A stretch of 64,000 nt of DNA from Squalus acanthias. Its lineage: Eukaryota. The stretch is from positions 188,108,001 through 188,172,000 of the forward strand of contig CM059427.1 of NCBI GenBank assembly GCA_030390025.1, read 5' to 3'. The notes under the pieces are model-generated. The model was not told where the DNA came from and did no database searches. It saw only the letters and a list, made by a program, of their open reading frames with translations. This document shows positions 63,020 through 64,000 of this stretch, piece after piece; position 1 is the first letter of the stretch, and every line of letters starts with the position of its first letter. Position numbers and translations under genes: made by a program.

Positions 63020-63289
63020 TTGAGTCGAGTCCACAGAGTGCTGTGGTGGGCAGTGACGTTACACTCAGCTGTACCATCTCCAAACTCTCAGATACAGTCA
63101 GTCTTCAATGGAAACAGAGAGACTCATCTCAGCAGAACAGGAGCAACACTGATCAGATCCGACTAAATAACACAGTCTATCTGATCGTCAAACATGTTGC
63201 AGTAGAGGATAAGAAGTTGTACGCGTGTGAAGTGCAGGAAAATGGATCCATTATTCTCACAGGAAAAGCAGATTTTTCTGTGGCCCAGG
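63020..63289 (+). CDS. Second Ig (C2-type) domain exon of IgSF receptor copy C
   Basis: ttttcacAG ... CAGG/GTAAGT, phase 1-1. VESSPQSAVVGSDVTLSCTIS..LQWKQ..YLIVKHVAVEDKKLYACEV. Confidence 0.93.
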
Positions 63290-64000
63290 GTAAGTGCAGT
63301 TACCTCACAGTAGATATTAAAGAGTTACTAATATAAAACTGTTACATCTAAAGTGGAGTCATACATGTCAACCATCAGCACTTCATGCTTACAGTCAGCA
63401 TGTGGGGGCCTGGTGCACATATCAGCATTGAACAAAAAACTGGCCTCTCGCCCCTCAATGCCACTTCTAACCGAGTTCTGCTGCTATTTGAAGTGATTCC
63501 AGCTGCTGCATACTCAAGGCTTCAAATAAGCATTCAGCTGGGAGCAGGACTGAGGGAAGAGGGAAGGGCAGGGAATCAATGGCCATGAATGGAGAGGGAA
63601 GGATGGAAATGATGGCAATGTAGAGGAGAGATGGTGGGCAGAGGGAAATGACAGAGGCTGGGAGTGGGGCTTTGGGGGAGGAAGAGGGAAAAGCTGAGAG
63701 TGGAACTTTGGAGTAAAAGATAAGAATTTGCATTTGTGTGAAGTGTAGAAAAAAGACTCTGTTATTAAAATAGCATCAAAACTATTGGTGTGGATCAGGG
63801 TAAGGCCAGAACTACCTTACAGTAGATAACAAATAGTTACTGAAATAACACTGTTACACACAAAGTACAGGGTGCACAGAGACAGCATATGCTTTTACTA
63901 CAGACTGGGACCTTATTTTCTCTTTGGAACATTGGTGTAAATATAACATTGCAATACAGTGGGCAAATATCAACAACCAGGTCTTGATGGATCTGACAAT

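Overview
Repeat-rich vertebrate DNA, not prokaryotic. The CR1, L2-like, Penelope, Harbinger and DeuSINE repertoire points to a cartilaginous fish (shark). The host content is part of a tandem cluster of type-I immunoglobulin-superfamily (IgSF) receptor genes on the + strand. (A) 3' end of a damaged copy: a C2-type Ig exon with a WxC F-strand motif and an in-frame stop (~1213-1492), a TM exon (6400-6503) and a cytoplasmic exon (7517-7624) truncated by a small retro-insertion. (B) An orphan 5' cassette: ETS/RUNX promoter, non-coding exon 1 ending at 26127 and a signal-peptide exon at 30314-30423. This leader exon is caught in a ~3.85-kb-arm inverted duplication (29641-33483 / 34626-38477). (C) The 5' half of an apparently intact copy: exon 1 ending 47996, leader 53183-53291, a cysteine-less V-like exon 59623-59964 and a C2 exon 63020-63289, continuing past the window. 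The rest is mobile DNA: Penelope-like elements carrying minimal hammerhead ribozymes, Harbinger transposase and Myb/SANT remnants with many MITEs, a 4.7-kb G-rich 34-bp satellite grown inside a MITE, a solo LTR, and an LTR element with a decayed env-like glycoprotein. The very long ORFs in the track are tandem-repeat artefacts. All family assignments were made by eye, without database searches.
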